64,000 nucleotides of DNA from Anaeromyxobacteraceae bacterium. GTDB taxonomy: Bacteria; Myxococcota; Myxococcia; Myxococcales; Anaeromyxobacteraceae. How positions within the stretch are numbered: position 1 is the stretch's first letter; every line of letters starts with the position of its first letter. The stretch is taken from contig JASGHJ010000002.1 of NCBI GenBank assembly GCA_047602405.1, positions 672,001 through 736,000 on the forward strand, read 5' to 3'. The translations under genes were made by a program, and so were the position numbers. A model generated the notes under the pieces. That model did not search any database. It saw nothing but the letters and a program-made list of their open reading frames with translations, and was not told the origin of the DNA. Positions 35,736 to 46,580 of the stretch are shown here, piece by piece.

Positions 35736-36212
35736 ATGCTCAAGCCCGGCGACGCCGCCCCCCCCTTCAGCGCCACGGATCACCTCGGCAACCCGGTGTC
35801 CCTGGCGGACCTGCACGGCAAGACGGTCGTGCTCTGGTTCTACCCCAAGGCCGACACCCCGGGTTGAACGCGTGAGGGTTGCGGGTTCCGCGACCTCAAG
35901 GCGGAGTTCGACCGCAGGAACGCCGTGATCTACGGCGTGAGCTTCGACACCCCGGAGGAGAACCGCGCGTTCGCGGAGAAGTTCTCCTTCAACTTCCCGC
36001 TCCTCTGCGACGAGGACCGCGCGATGGGCCTCGCCTACGGCGCGGCCGACTCCTCGAACGCGGGGAGCGCGAGGCGGGTGGGCGTCGTCATCGGCCCGGA
36101 CGGGCGGATCGTCGAGTGGCTGCCGAAGGTGGACGCCTCGGCCTATCCGCACGAGGTGCTCGCGCGGCTCCCGGCCGCGAACGCGCTGGACGATCGGCGG
36201 CCGCCGGGGTAG
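35736..36212 (+). CDS. bcp: Selenocysteine-containing peroxiredoxin (BCP/PrxQ); UGA at 35865-35867 decoded as Sec
   Basis: MLKPGDAAPPFSATDHLGNPVSLADLHGKTVVLWFYPKADTPG-TGA-TREGCGFRD...GVSFD...FPLLCD. TGA is codon 44, exactly at the peroxidatic Cys position. Confidence 0.92.
35873..35898 (+). promoter_or_regulatory. Bacterial SECIS element (hairpin 3' of UGA)
   Basis: TGAG-G-GTTGCGG-GTT-CCGCGAC-CTCA forms a stem with a G-starting apical loop about 17 nt after UGA. Confidence 0.8.
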
Positions 36213-36221
36213 CTCCCTGGC

Positions 36222-37094
36222 ATGACCGGCGCCTCGAAGCGGCTCGCGTTCCTCGGCATGGGCCTCCTCGGCTCGAACTTCGTCCGCGCGCTGCGCGGGC
36301 GAGGCGAGGAGGTCCGGGTCTGGAACCGGTCGCCCGGGAAGGCGCGGGCGGTGGCGGCCGAGACCGGCGCCACCGCCTTCGACGACCCCGCCGAGGCGGT
36401 GCGCGGCGCCGCCCGCGTCCACCTCGCCTTGACCGACGACGCCGCCGTCGACGCGACGCTCGAGGCGGTGCGGGCGGGCCTCGCCCCGAACGTCGCGATC
36501 GTGGACCACACCACGACCTCGCGCGAGGGCGCCATCGCCCGCACCGCGCGCTGCACCGCGCTCGGCTTCGCGTTCCAGCACGCGCCGGTCTTCATGGGCC
36601 CGGGCAACGCGCGCGAGGCGACCGGCATCATGCTGGCGTCCGGCTCCCGGGCGCTCTTCGACCGGCTCGAGCCCGAGCTCGCGAGGATGACCGGGAAGCT
36701 CGTCCACGTCGGCGACGCCCCCGGCCTCGCCGCCGCGTACAAGCTCCTCGGCAACCAGTTCCTCGTCGCGATGACCGCCGGGCTCGCCGACACCTTCGCG
36801 CTCGCGAAGGGGATGGGGCTCTCGACCGCGGACGTGGAGGGGCTGTTCGGCTTCTTCAACCCCGCCTCGTCGCTCGGGCCGCGCATGAAGCGGCTCCTCG
36901 CCGCCGACTACGGCAACCCGAGCTGGGGCCTCGCGATGGCGAGGAAGGACACCCGCCTCATGATCGAGGCCGCGCGCGCCGGCGGGGTGGAGCTCGCGGT
37001 GATGAACGCCATCGCCGCCGAGATGGACCGCTGGATCGCGAAGGGCCACGCCGCCGACGACTGGACGGTCATCGCGAAGGATGCGGTGAGGTAG
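36222..37094 (+). CDS. NAD(P)-dependent beta-hydroxyacid dehydrogenase family oxidoreductase
   Basis: AFLGMGLLG, VWNRS, APVFMGP, YKLLGN, MARKD. Confidence 0.88.
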   Translation: MTGASKRLAFLGMGLLGSNFVRALRGRGEEVRVWNRSPGKARAVAAETGATAFDDPAEAVRGAARVHLALTDDAAVDATLEAVRAGLAPNVAIVDHTTTSREGAIARTARCTALGFAFQHAPVFMGPGNAREATGIMLASGSRALFDRLEPELARMTGKLVHVGDAPGLAAAYKLLGNQFLVAMTAGLADTFALAKGMGLSTADVEGLFGFFNPASSLGPRMKRLLAADYGNPSWGLAMARKDTRLMIEAARAGGVELAVMNAIAAEMDRWIAKGHAADDWTVIAKDAVR

Positions 37095-37210
37095 GGGAGG
37101 CGACGGAGGTGCCGCGCGAAGGTCGGGTCGCGTCTCGGAGCCTTTCTCCGGAGAAGGTCGTGGGGCGACCGGGTTTCAGTGGCAGGTTCTCGCTCCCCGG
37201 CGGCGAGAAG

Positions 37211-37291
37211 TGCTATCAAATGTGATAATCCGCTCCCGGCTGGGCAGGGACGCCCCGGACGGGGCAGGCCGATGCTATCAAATGTGATAGC
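37211..37291. promoter_or_regulatory. Two identical 17-bp palindromic operators upstream of the XRE gene
   Basis: TGCTATCAAATGTGATA at 37211 and 37273; the second extends to a perfect GCTATCA-N4-TGATAGC. Confidence 0.75.
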
Positions 37292-37303
37292 GTTTCCCCG
37301 CGC

Positions 37304-37798
37304 GTGAGAAGGACCCCGAAGACCCCGCCTCCCGACGAGTTCTGGCGCGACCGGCGCGGGCTCGACCTCGTCCACGCGGCGCTGCGCCCGGGCGGCAAGG
37401 TGCTGGAGGTCCGGTTCCGGTGGGGGCAGCGGTACGAGGTCGAGATCGAGAACCTCGGCTTCGACAGGCCCCCGCTGCTCGCCACCGTGGGCGACGACCC
37501 GCGCGTCGTGGTGCTGGGCCTGCGGGACGGGTCCATGACCGACGTCCCCGCGACCGCCATCCTCGCGCTCGCCGAGCCCGCCTTCACCGCGAAGGTGACG
37601 GCGAAGGCGGACACCGTCGGCGCCAAGGTCCGTGCGCTGCGGCTCGCCGCGGGGCGGACGGCCTCGGAGGTCGCGGCAGCGTCAGGGATGGCGCGCTCGA
37701 ACTACGCCCGCCTCGAGATGGGCCGCTACGAGCCCCGCCTCGCCACGCTCCGCCGCGTGGCGGAGGCGCTCGGTCAGCCGCTCGAGGCGCTGCTCTGA
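37304..37798 (+). CDS. Protein with unrecognised N-terminal domain and C-terminal XRE HTH
   Basis: VGAKVRALRLAAGRTASEVAAASGMARSNYARLEMGRYEPRLATLRRVAEALG. Confidence 0.85.
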   Translation: MRRTPKTPPPDEFWRDRRGLDLVHAALRPGGKVLEVRFRWGQRYEVEIENLGFDRPPLLATVGDDPRVVVLGLRDGSMTDVPATAILALAEPAFTAKVTAKADTVGAKVRALRLAAGRTASEVAAASGMARSNYARLEMGRYEPRLATLRRVAEALGQPLEALL

Positions 37799-37828
37799 GG
37801 CTGCGCGCGCCTGAGGCTGGCGGCGAGC

Positions 37829-38860
37829 TCAGCCCGCCCAGTCCAGCACGACCTTGCCGGACTGCCCGCTCCGCATGACGTCGAAGCCCTTCTGGAAGTC
37901 GGCGATGGGGTAGCGGTGCGTGATCACGGGCGAGAGGTCGAGCCCGGACTGCAGCATCGCGACCATCTTGTACCAGGTCTCGAACATCTCCCGGCCGTAG
38001 ATGCCCTTCAGGAAGAGCCCCTTGAAGACGACCTGGCTCCAGTCGATCGCCTCCTGCCCGGGCATGATCCCGAGGAGCGCGATGCGCCCGCCGTGGTTCA
38101 TCACCTCCAGCATCTGCCGGAAGGCGCGGCCGTTGCCGCTCATCTCGAGGCCGACGTCGAACCCCTCCTTCATGCCGAGCTCGGCCATGACCCCGCGCAG
38201 GTCCTCCTTCGCGACGTTCACGGTGCGGGTCGCGCCCATCTCCTTGCCGAGCTTGAGCCGGTAGTCGTTCACGTCGGTGAGCACGACCTGCCGCGCGCCG
38301 ACGTGGCGGGCGATGGCGCAGGCCATCACGCCGATGGGGCCGGCGCCGGTCACGAGCACGTCCTCGCCCACGAGGTCGAAGGAGAGCGCGGTGTGGGTCG
38401 CGTTGCCGTACGGGTCGAAGATCGAGGCGACCTCGTCCGGGATGTCGTCGGGGATCTTGTAGACGTTGACCGCCGGGATGGAGAGGTACTCGGCGAAGGA
38501 GCCGGGGCGGTTCACGCCCACGCCCTTCGTGTTCCGGCAGAGGTGGCGGCGCCCCGCCCGGCAGTTGCGGCAGAAGCCGCAGGTGAGGTGGCCCTCGCCG
38601 CTCACCCGGTCGCCGGGCTCGAAGGCGTCGACCTCGGCGCCCACCCGCTCCACGATCCCGAAGTACTCGTGGCCGACGATCATCGGCACCGGGATGGTGC
38701 GCTGGCTCCACTCGTCCCAGTTGTAGATGTGGACGTCGGTGCCGCAGATGGCGCTCTTGTGGATCTTGATGAGGACGTCGTGGACGCCGATCTCGGGGAC
38801 CGGCGCGTCCTCGATCATCCAGATGCCCGGCTCCTGCCTCGACTTGATGAGCGCTCTCAC
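37829..38860 (-). CDS. tdh: L-threonine 3-dehydrogenase
   Basis: [49 protein letters not shown]. Confidence 0.96.
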   Translation of the reverse strand: MRALIKSRQEPGIWMIEDAPVPEIGVHDVLIKIHKSAICGTDVHIYNWDEWSQRTIPVPMIVGHEYFGIVERVGAEVDAFEPGDRVSGEGHLTCGFCRNCRAGRRHLCRNTKGVGVNRPGSFAEYLSIPAVNVYKIPDDIPDEVASIFDPYGNATHTALSFDLVGEDVLVTGAGPIGVMACAIARHVGARQVVLTDVNDYRLKLGKEMGATRTVNVAKEDLRGVMAELGMKEGFDVGLEMSGNGRAFRQMLEVMNHGGRIALLGIMPGQEAIDWSQVVFKGLFLKGIYGREMFETWYKMVAMLQSGLDLSPVITHRYPIADFQKGFDVMRSGQSGKVVLDWAG

Positions 38861-38871
38861 GTTGGAATCTC

Positions 38872-40065
38872 CTAGCGAACCACGCCGAGGGCCTTGCCGA
38901 CCTTCGTGAACGCCGCGACCGCCTGCTCGAGGTCGGCCCGCTCGTGGGCCGCGCTCATCTGCGTGCGGATGCGGGCCTGACCCTTCGGCACCACCGGGAA
39001 GAAGAAGCCGATGGCGTAGACGCCGTCCTCGAGGAGCCGCCGCGCGAACTCCTGCGCGAGCGGCGCCTCGCGGAGCATCACCGGGATGATCGGGTGCTCG
39101 CCGGGGAGGAGCTCGAAGCCGGCCCGGGTCATCTCGGCCCGGAAGAACGTCGCGTTGGCGCGGAGCTTCGCGCGCAGGTCGTCGGCCTGCTCGACGAGGT
39201 CGAGGACCCCGAGCGACACCGCCGCGATGACCGGGGCGAGGGTGTTCGAGAAGAGGTACGGCCGCGCCTTCTGGCGGAGCCACTCGACCATGGGCCCGGA
39301 GCCCGCGACGTAGCCGCCCGACGCGCCGCCGAGGGCCTTCCCGAGCGTGCCGGTGACGAGGTCGACCCGGCCCATCACCCGGTGGTGCTCGTGGGTGCCG
39401 CGCCCCTTCTCGCCGATGAAGCCGACCGCGTGCGAGTCGTCGACCATCACCATCGCCCGGTGCTTCTCGGCGACGTCGCAGATCTGCGGCAGCTTCGCGA
39501 GGTAGCCGTCCATCGAGAAGACGCCGTCGGTCACCACGAGGACGTTCCGGGCGCCCTGCGCGCGGGCGGCCGTGAGCTGGGCGTCGAGGTCCGCGACGTC
39601 GCCGTTCGCGTAGCGGAGCCGCTTCGCCTTGCAGAGCCGGATGCCGTCGATGATCGAGGCGTGGTTGAGCGCGTCGGAGACGATCGCGTCCTCCTCTCCG
39701 AGGAGCGCCTCGAAGACGCCGCCGTTCGCGTCGAAGCACGACGAGAACAGGATCGCATCCTCGAACCCGAGGAAGGCGGCGAGCCGCCGCTCGAGCTCCT
39801 TGTGGATCTCCTGCGTGCCGCAGATGAAGCGGACCGAGGAGAGGCCGAAGCCCCAGCGCGGCAGCGCCTCCTGGGCCGCCTCGACGAGCTCGGGCCGGCC
39901 GGAGAGGCCGAGGTAGTTGTTGGCGCAGAGGTTCACGACCCGCCGGCCGTCCGCCTGGACCCAGGCGCCCTGCGGGGTGGTGATGACGCGCTCCTTCTTG
40001 AGGAGCCCGTCGGCCTCGAGCTGCGCGAGCTGCTGCTTCAGGTGCTCGTCGAAGGCGGCGTGCAT
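38872..40065 (-). CDS. kbl: Glycine C-acetyltransferase (2-amino-3-ketobutyrate CoA ligase)
   Basis: [45 protein letters not shown]. Confidence 0.96.
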   Translation of the reverse strand: MHAAFDEHLKQQLAQLEADGLLKKERVITTPQGAWVQADGRRVVNLCANNYLGLSGRPELVEAAQEALPRWGFGLSSVRFICGTQEIHKELERRLAAFLGFEDAILFSSCFDANGGVFEALLGEEDAIVSDALNHASIIDGIRLCKAKRLRYANGDVADLDAQLTAARAQGARNVLVVTDGVFSMDGYLAKLPQICDVAEKHRAMVMVDDSHAVGFIGEKGRGTHEHHRVMGRVDLVTGTLGKALGGASGGYVAGSGPMVEWLRQKARPYLFSNTLAPVIAAVSLGVLDLVEQADDLRAKLRANATFFRAEMTRAGFELLPGEHPIIPVMLREAPLAQEFARRLLEDGVYAIGFFFPVVPKGQARIRTQMSAAHERADLEQAVAAFTKVGKALGVVR

Positions 40066-40145
40066 GGGGGCACGGTTTAACCCGAATCCCGGCTCCTGGC
40101 GACGGTGGCGCGGCCCGCCCTCCTCGGGGTATGGACAGGTCCCCC

Positions 40146-41741
40146 ATGACGAAGAAGCCCGACCCGCCGCCCGGCAAGGTCTCGATCGGCAACGACGAGA
40201 TCGCGACCGCCCTCGAGGTGCTCGAGCGGGTGGCCTCCGACCGTGGCCTGCTCGCGTCGGTGGACCGGGAGACCCGCGAGCGCCTGCAGAAGCTCGCCGG
40301 CTCGGTCGGCCGGCCGGACGTGATCCAGCGCCGCCGGCTCAGGAAGGCCCTCGGCAAGGCCGAGCGCGACGCCCGGCGCGAGGCGAACCGCGGGCTGCGC
40401 CGCGGCACCGGCATCCGCAAGCTCCGCGAGGACCCCGTCTTCCGCACGCCGCTGCCGCCCGCGCCGGTCGACGAGGCGGCGTCGGCCGAGGCGGAGGGCC
40501 CCGAGCTCACCGACCCGCACCGCTGCTACGTCTGCAAGGCCCGCTACACGCGGCTCCACCCGTTCTACGACCAGCTCTGCCCGGCCTGCGGCGACGCGAA
40601 CTTCGCCCGCCGCAACGCCGCCGTCGACCTCCGCGGGCGCGTCGCGCTCGTCACCGGCGCCCGCGTGAAGATCGGCTACCAGGCCGCGATCATGCTGCTC
40701 CGCGCCGGCTGCACGGTGGTCGCCTGCACGCGCTTCCCGCGCGACGCGGCCGCCCGCTACGCGCGCGAGCCGGACTTCGCCGCCTGGAAGGACCGCCTGC
40801 AGGTGTGGGGCATCGACCTGCGCCACACGCCGTCGGTCGAGCTCCTCTGCCACCGGCTCGACGCCGCGCTGCCCCGGCTCGACTTCCAGGTCCACAACGC
40901 CTGCCAGACCGTGCGCCGCCCGCCCGGCTTCTACGCCCACCTCGTCGAGCGCGAGCTCGGGCCGTGGAGCGGCGTGCCCGGGATGGAGCGGCCGCTGCTC
41001 GAGCGCTACGAGGAGGCGCGCAGCCACGCCTCCGAAGGCGCGCACGGGCTCGCGCGGCCGGCCGCGCTCACCCAGGCCGCCACCGCGGCGGACGCCGTGG
41101 GGGCGGGGACCGCCGACGTGGGCACGGTGCCCGCCGCGCTCCTCCCCGAGGCGGTCCGCCCCGCGGTCGAGCTCTTCCCGCGCGGCGTGCTCGACCAGGA
41201 CCTGCAGCAGGTGGACCTGCGCACCCACAACTCCTGGCGGCTGCGCCTGCACGAGGTGCCGACCCTCGAGCTCCTCGAGGTCATGCTCGTGAACGCCACC
41301 GCGCCGTTCGTGATGGCCGCGCGGCTGAAGCCGCTCATGCTCCGCGTGCCCGGCGCGCCCGCGGGGACCGGGACCTCGCACGACCCCGCCCGCCACGTCG
41401 TGATGGTCTCGGCGATGGAGGGGCAGTTCTACCGGGGCAAGAAGACCGACAAGCACCCGCACACCAACATGGCGAAGGCCGCGCTCAACATGGTGGTGCG
41501 GACGAGCGCGCCCGACTACGCGCGCGACGGCATCTTCCTCAACGCGGTCGACACCGGCTGGGTGACCGACGAGGACCCGGCCCACCTCGCCGAGCGCAAG
41601 GCCGAGGAGCACGGCTTCTCGCCGCCGCTCGACATCGTGGACGGCGCCGCGCGGATCCTCGCCCCCATCTTCGAGGGGTTCACCACGGGGAAGCACCCCT
41701 CGGGCGTCTTCTTCAAGGACTACGCGCCGGCCCCCTGGTAG
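40146..41741 (+). CDS. Atypical SDR oxidoreductase with zinc-ribbon insertion
   Basis: CYVCK...[44 protein letters not shown]. Confidence 0.85.
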   Translation: MTKKPDPPPGKVSIGNDEIATALEVLERVASDRGLLASVDRETRERLQKLAGSVGRPDVIQRRRLRKALGKAERDARREANRGLRRGTGIRKLREDPVFRTPLPPAPVDEAASAEAEGPELTDPHRCYVCKARYTRLHPFYDQLCPACGDANFARRNAAVDLRGRVALVTGARVKIGYQAAIMLLRAGCTVVACTRFPRDAAARYAREPDFAAWKDRLQVWGIDLRHTPSVELLCHRLDAALPRLDFQVHNACQTVRRPPGFYAHLVERELGPWSGVPGMERPLLERYEEARSHASEGAHGLARPAALTQAATAADAVGAGTADVGTVPAALLPEAVRPAVELFPRGVLDQDLQQVDLRTHNSWRLRLHEVPTLELLEVMLVNATAPFVMAARLKPLMLRVPGAPAGTGTSHDPARHVVMVSAMEGQFYRGKKTDKHPHTNMAKAALNMVVRTSAPDYARDGIFLNAVDTGWVTDEDPAHLAERKAEEHGFSPPLDIVDGAARILAPIFEGFTTGKHPSGVFFKDYAPAPW

Positions 41742-41753
41742 TACACTCCGACC

Positions 41754-42917
41754 GTGCCGGGCCCCCACCACGTGCTGCTGATCCCGGGCTTCTTCGGGTT
41801 CGCGAACCTCAACGACTTCGCGTACTTCGGGCACGTCCGGGACTACCTCGTCGAGATCGGGCCCGGGCACGGCCTCGACGGCGAGATCCGCGTGGTCGAG
41901 ACCCCGCCGACCGCCTCGCTGCGCAAGCGCGCGGCGCGCCTCGCGGAGGCGATCGCGAGGCTCCTCGACGAGAGCCCGCCGAACGCGCGGGTGAGCCTCG
42001 TCGGCCACTCGTCGGGCGGCCTCGACGCGCGGCTCGTCGTCTCGCCGGAGGTGAGCCTCCCGACGTCCGCCGACGTGCGGCGCGCGGCCGCGGCCGTCCC
42101 GGCGGTGGTCTGCGTCTCGACGCCGCACCTCGGCACGCCGCTCGCGCACCTCTTCAACACGCTGCTCGGGCAGCAGCTCCTGCGCGTGCTCTCGGTCGCG
42201 ACGATCTACTCGCTGCGCGCGGGGCGCCTGCCGCTCAAGGTGGTGCTCCGGCTCGCGCGCCTGTTCCAGAAGGCGGACGCGCCGGCCGACGGGATGATCG
42301 AGTCGCTCGCCCGCGACCTCCTCGCCGACTTCTCGAAGCCGCGGCGGCTCGCGATCGAGGAGTTCCTCGAGAACCTCGGCAAGGACCAGGACCTCCTCGG
42401 CCAGATCACGCCGGGCGGGATGGACCTCTTCAACGCCGCCACCGGCGACCGGCCCGGCGTGCGCTACGGCTGCGTCGTGACCCGGGCGCGGGCGCCCGGG
42501 CTGCGCTCCGTCATCGCGGCGGGGCTCGACCCCTACGCGCAGGCCACCCACGCGCTCTTCGTCGCCCTCTACCGGCTGGGCGCCCGCACCCCGCAGGAGC
42601 GGACGCCGCGCCTCGACCGCCAGCAGCTCATCGAGCTCCGCCGCGCGTACGGCCACCGCCCCGACGTCTCGGCGAACGACGGGATGGTCCCGACGCTCTC
42701 GCAGGTGCGCGGCACCGTCGTGCACGCCGTCTGGGCCGACCACCACGACGTGATCGGCCACTTCCACCAGCCGCGCCACGTGCCGCCTCACCTGGACTGG
42801 CTCACGAGCGGGAGCGGCTTCGACCGGGCCGGGTTCGAGGCCACCTGGCAGCGGGTCGTGGCCTGGCTCGCCGCCGCCCCTCCGCGGCAGGAGGCGAGCG
42901 GCGTGGGGCTCGCCTGA
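41754..42917 (+). CDS. Alpha/beta hydrolase (lipase/esterase)
   Basis: LIPGFFG, VGHSSGGLD, STPHLGT, NDGMVP, DHHDVIGH. Confidence 0.88.
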   Translation: MPGPHHVLLIPGFFGFANLNDFAYFGHVRDYLVEIGPGHGLDGEIRVVETPPTASLRKRAARLAEAIARLLDESPPNARVSLVGHSSGGLDARLVVSPEVSLPTSADVRRAAAAVPAVVCVSTPHLGTPLAHLFNTLLGQQLLRVLSVATIYSLRAGRLPLKVVLRLARLFQKADAPADGMIESLARDLLADFSKPRRLAIEEFLENLGKDQDLLGQITPGGMDLFNAATGDRPGVRYGCVVTRARAPGLRSVIAAGLDPYAQATHALFVALYRLGARTPQERTPRLDRQQLIELRRAYGHRPDVSANDGMVPTLSQVRGTVVHAVWADHHDVIGHFHQPRHVPPHLDWLTSGSGFDRAGFEATWQRVVAWLAAAPPRQEASGVGLA

Positions 42918-43011
42918 AACTGCGGGTGTAGACCGCCCGGGATCCGGCCGCGCGCGAGAGGGTGACCCCGGTCGGGGTCGGGGTTGAACCGACCACCCCT
43001 CATCGCGATAC

Positions 43012-43503
43012 ATGGAGCCATCCGTGACCGAGCACCTCTCCCCCGAGCTCAGGGCGTTCGCCGAGTCCGGCGTGTCGATCCACGTCGGCACGGCCGACGC
43101 GCGGCTCGTCCCCGAGGCGGCGCGGGTGATGGGCTGCCGGGTGGAGCCGGGCGGGGACGAGGTGACGCTGTTCGTCCCCCGGGCGGCGGCGGGCCGCACG
43201 CTCGACAACCTCGCGCTGAACGGCCGGGTGGCCGCGGTGTTCGCGCGGCCGCTCGACGATCTCTCGTTCCAGCTGAAGGGCGCGGTCCTCGAGGTGCGGG
43301 ACGCGACCGAGGCCGACCGGCCCATCATCGAGCGCTACCGGCCGCTCCTCTCGGAGATGTTCCAGTTCGTCGGCATCCCGTCGCGCATCACCTTCGCGAT
43401 CGCGGTCTGGCCGGCCGTCGCCGTCCGGTTCCGCGTGGAGAGCATCTTCGTGCAGACGCCGGGGCCGAAGGCGGGCGCGCCGCTCGTGGAGGGCCGCGGG
43501 TGA
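43012..43503 (+). CDS. Pyridoxamine 5'-phosphate oxidase-like FMN-binding split-barrel protein
   Basis: IHVGTADA..P, TLDNL..NGRVAAVF, QLKG, F.QTPGPKAG. Confidence 0.78.
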   Translation: MEPSVTEHLSPELRAFAESGVSIHVGTADARLVPEAARVMGCRVEPGGDEVTLFVPRAAAGRTLDNLALNGRVAAVFARPLDDLSFQLKGAVLEVRDATEADRPIIERYRPLLSEMFQFVGIPSRITFAIAVWPAVAVRFRVESIFVQTPGPKAGAPLVEGRG

Positions 43504-44883
43504 AGCCGAAGCTCTCCGACCTCTTCGACGCCTTCCAGGGCGTCGTCCCGTCGATCATCGCGACCGCCGGCGCCGACGGCACGCCGAACGTCACCTACAA
43601 CTCGCAGGTCTACTTCGTCGACGAGAACCACGTCGCGCTCTCCTGCCAGTTCTTCAACAAGACCCACCGGAACGTGCGCGAGAACCCGGCCGCCACGGTC
43701 GAGGTCTACGAGCCGGTGACGCTGCAGGCGTGGCGCCTGAGGCTCCACTTCGACCACATGGAGACCGAGGGCCCGCTCTTCGACGCGATGGCGCTGCGCA
43801 TCCAGGTGATCGCCTCGCACACCGGCATGTCCGGCGTGTTCAAGCTCCGCTCGGCGGACGTCTACGAGGTGCTGTCGCTCGAGCCGGTGGAGGGGATGTT
43901 CCTGCCCATCGACCCCGGCGCGCCGGTGGCGCTCCCGCTCGGGCCGCTGACCGAGCTCCGGGGCCTCCAGCTCGTCTCGGATCGCATCAACCGCGCGACC
44001 GATCTCGAGGGGCTCCTCGCCGGGGCGCTCGAGTCGCTCGACGAGACCTTCGGCTTCTCGCACGCGATGGTGCTCGTGCCGGAGGAGGCCGACGCGGGCC
44101 ACCTCGTCGCGCTCGCCACCCGCGGCTACGGCGCGGCGGGCGTCGGCGCCGAGGTGCGGCTCGGGGAGGGGATCATCGGCCTCTGCGCCGAGCGCCGGAA
44201 GATCATCCGGCTCGGCGGGATGGGCGGCGAGCTCCGCTACGGCCGGGCGCTCCGGGCCCGCGCCGCCACCGAGGGCGGGAAGCTCGCGCCGGAGGTGCCG
44301 CTCCCCGGGCTCGACCGGCCGCAGGCGCAGCTCGCCATCCCGCTCCAGGTCGGCGGCAGGCTCCTCGGCGTGCTCGCGCTCGAGAGCGAGGATCCGCTCC
44401 GCTTCGACGACTGGGACGAGCCGTACCTCACGGTCGTCGCGAACCAGAATCGCGCTCGGCATGGACCGGATGATGGGCCAGGAGGAGGACCCGGGCCACC
44501 CGCCCGCGCCCGCCCGCCGCGGCGCGGGGAAGCTCACCCCGCCCCCCGCCGCGAAGACCCGGCGCTTCCGCTACTACCTGAACGACGACTGCGTCTTCGT
44601 GGACGGCGAGTACCTCGTCCGGAACGTCCCGGCGAAGATCCTCTGGAAGGTGCTCGGCGAGCACGCGCGCGACGGCCGGCTCGAGTTCACGAACCGCGAG
44701 CTGCGCCTCGATCCGTCGCTGGGGCTGCCGGCCCTGAAGGACAACCTCGAGTCCCGGCTGATCCTCCTGCGCAAGCGGCTCGAGGAGAAGTGCCCCGACG
44801 TGAAGCTCGTGCCCGTCCGCCGCGGCCGCTTCGCCCTCCAGCTCTGCGCCGCCGTGGAGCTGGAGGAGGCGGCGACCGGGTAG
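43500..44883 (+). CDS. PNPOx-like barrel - GAF - winged-helix-like regulator; +1 frameshift ~44448
   Basis: GTG overlaps the upstream [30 protein letters not shown] ([22 protein letters not shown]); C-terminal [37 protein letters not shown]. Removing one A restores NQIALGMD. Confidence 0.82.
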
Positions 44884-44902
44884 TCGCCGCCTCCCGCTCA
44901 CG

Positions 44903-45466
44903 CTACTTCGCCGGCATCGCCGCCGGCGGGATCGGCTCCTGCACCGCGTTCTTCACCGCCGGGATCGACTGGAGGTAGGCGAAGATCGCCTTCAGGTCCT
45001 CGTCGGTGGCCTCGGCGTAGTTCGGCCAGGGCATCGGCGGGAGCAGCGGCCGCCCGTGTCCCATGCGCTTCCCGGTGCGGATCGTCTGGATGAAGTCCTT
45101 CTCGGTCCACCCGCCGGTGCCGGTCTCCTTGTCCGGGGTGAGGTTCCGGGCGAACGACACGCCCCACGGCCCCGCGACGGCGGTGTTGGTCGCGTACCAG
45201 GCCGACATCCACGGCATGCCGAGGGCCGGGGCCGCGTCCACCTTCGCCTCCGCCGGGTGGCCGGAGAGCTGGCGGGTCATGTCCGGCGCGGGGCCGTTCG
45301 GGCCCATCTTCCACGGCGTGTGGCAGTCGTTGCAGCCGCCGAGGGTGACGAGGTACTTGCCGCGCGCGACCTGCTTCGGGTCGGCCTTCGAGGGCGCGGC
45401 GGCGGCGACGCCGACGCAGGCGAGCACGGCGGCGAGGGTGAGGACGGGCTTCACGGAGCGGTTCAT
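44903..45466 (-). CDS. Periplasmic monoheme c-type cytochrome
   Basis: Signal peptide, RGKYL..GGCNDCHTP, ARNLTPD..TG, PPMPW (Met ligand). Confidence 0.9.
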   Translation of the reverse strand: MNRSVKPVLTLAAVLACVGVAAAAPSKADPKQVARGKYLVTLGGCNDCHTPWKMGPNGPAPDMTRQLSGHPAEAKVDAAPALGMPWMSAWYATNTAVAGPWGVSFARNLTPDKETGTGGWTEKDFIQTIRTGKRMGHGRPLLPPMPWPNYAEATDEDLKAIFAYLQSIPAVKNAVQEPIPPAAMPAK

Positions 45467-45500
45467 TGGTTCTTCCTCTTGGGGTTGGAGCTGCAGGGGG

Positions 45501-46580
45501 TCAGGGGCGCTGCGCGACGCGCCGGCCGGGAGCGTCGAGCTCCTCGACGAACGCGCGGACGAGCTTCACGGCCTCGTCGTCCACGAGGTGGGTGCCCATC
45601 GGCGGCATCTGCGCCGACGGGTTCCGGGAGGAGATGCGGGCGACGAGCGCGCTGCGCTCCGGGTCGCCCGGCGCGATGCGGGGCACGGCCCCGCGGGCGC
45701 CGGCCGGCCGGTACCGGCTCGGCACGTTCACCGCGGTCGCGAGCGGGCCCGCGCCGGGGGTGGGCTCGACCCGCTGGGTGAGGTCGAGGCCGAGCGAGGC
45801 GAGGTCGCCGCGCGCGTCGTGGCAGCTCGCGCAGTTGCCGTGCAGGTAGCCGAGCGCGGCGCGCGCGGTGGGCGTCGGGGCCTCGACCCGCGGCGGGCGC
45901 CGGAGCAGCGCGGGCGGCAGGTCGACGAGGAGCCCCCGCCCGGCGAGCTCGGGCAGGTCCACGTCGCGCGGCGAGCCCGCCTCGCGGTGCGGCGCGTTCG
46001 GATCGCGGTCGGGCGAGAGCTGCAGGGCCGAGAAGCCGAGCACCGGGGTGGGCCCCGCGGTGTGGCAGGAGATGCAGTCGCCCATCGAGGGCAGGTCGTG
46101 GCTCACCGCGGGGGCGCCGGCGCGGGCGGGGCGGAGCTCCGCCGCGGCGAGGACGCCGCGGTTCGGGGCGAGCACGGCGTCCTTGCCGTCCTCCGTCCAG
46201 CGGTAGGTCGCGAAGATCCAGGAGCCGTCCTGCCGCCGCTCCATGTAGCGGGTCTCGACGGCGCGACCGAAGCTGAACTCCTTCCAGAGCTTCGTGCCCA
46301 CCGGGAAGACCCACGCGTCCGGCTCGGTGGCGTCGATGGCCTTGCCGGGCGGGAGCCGCACGAAGCGCCGCTTGGTCGCCCCGTCCGACCAGAGCGGGTA
46401 CTGGGGCGTCCAGGTGAGGACGTCGGCGGCGACGCGGCGCGCGGCGAAGTCGGCGTAGAGGCCGGTCTCCTCGAGGCGGGCGGGCGCCTGGCGCTGCCCG
46501 GGCTCCTCGGCGCGGGCGGCGGAGAGCGCCGCGGCGGCGAGGGCGGCCGCGCAGCCGGCGGCGAGGCGGCGGATCGTCAT
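45501..46580 (-). CDS. Periplasmic diheme c-type cytochrome (SO2930-like architecture)
   Basis: Signal peptide, YPLWSDGATKRR, FPVGT..WKEF, CISCH, YLHGNCASCH, QMPP; ATG overlaps the hemerythrin stop. Confidence 0.85.
   Translation of the reverse strand: MTIRRLAAGCAAALAAAALSAARAEEPGQRQAPARLEETGLYADFAARRVAADVLTWTPQYPLWSDGATKRRFVRLPPGKAIDATEPDAWVFPVGTKLWKEFSFGRAVETRYMERRQDGSWIFATYRWTEDGKDAVLAPNRGVLAAAELRPARAGAPAVSHDLPSMGDCISCHTAGPTPVLGFSALQLSPDRDPNAPHREAGSPRDVDLPELAGRGLLVDLPPALLRRPPRVEAPTPTARAALGYLHGNCASCHDARGDLASLGLDLTQRVEPTPGAGPLATAVNVPSRYRPAGARGAVPRIAPGDPERSALVARISSRNPSAQMPPMGTHLVDDEAVKLVRAFVEELDAPGRRVAQRP

Noticed and set aside
35925..36212. 95-aa standalone ORF or peroxiredoxin pseudogene
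   Set aside because: Better explained as the 3' part of a Sec-containing BCP starting at 35736.
37095..37800. Prophage or IS remnant around the XRE gene
   Set aside because: No integrase, transposase, terminal repeats or target duplication is visible.
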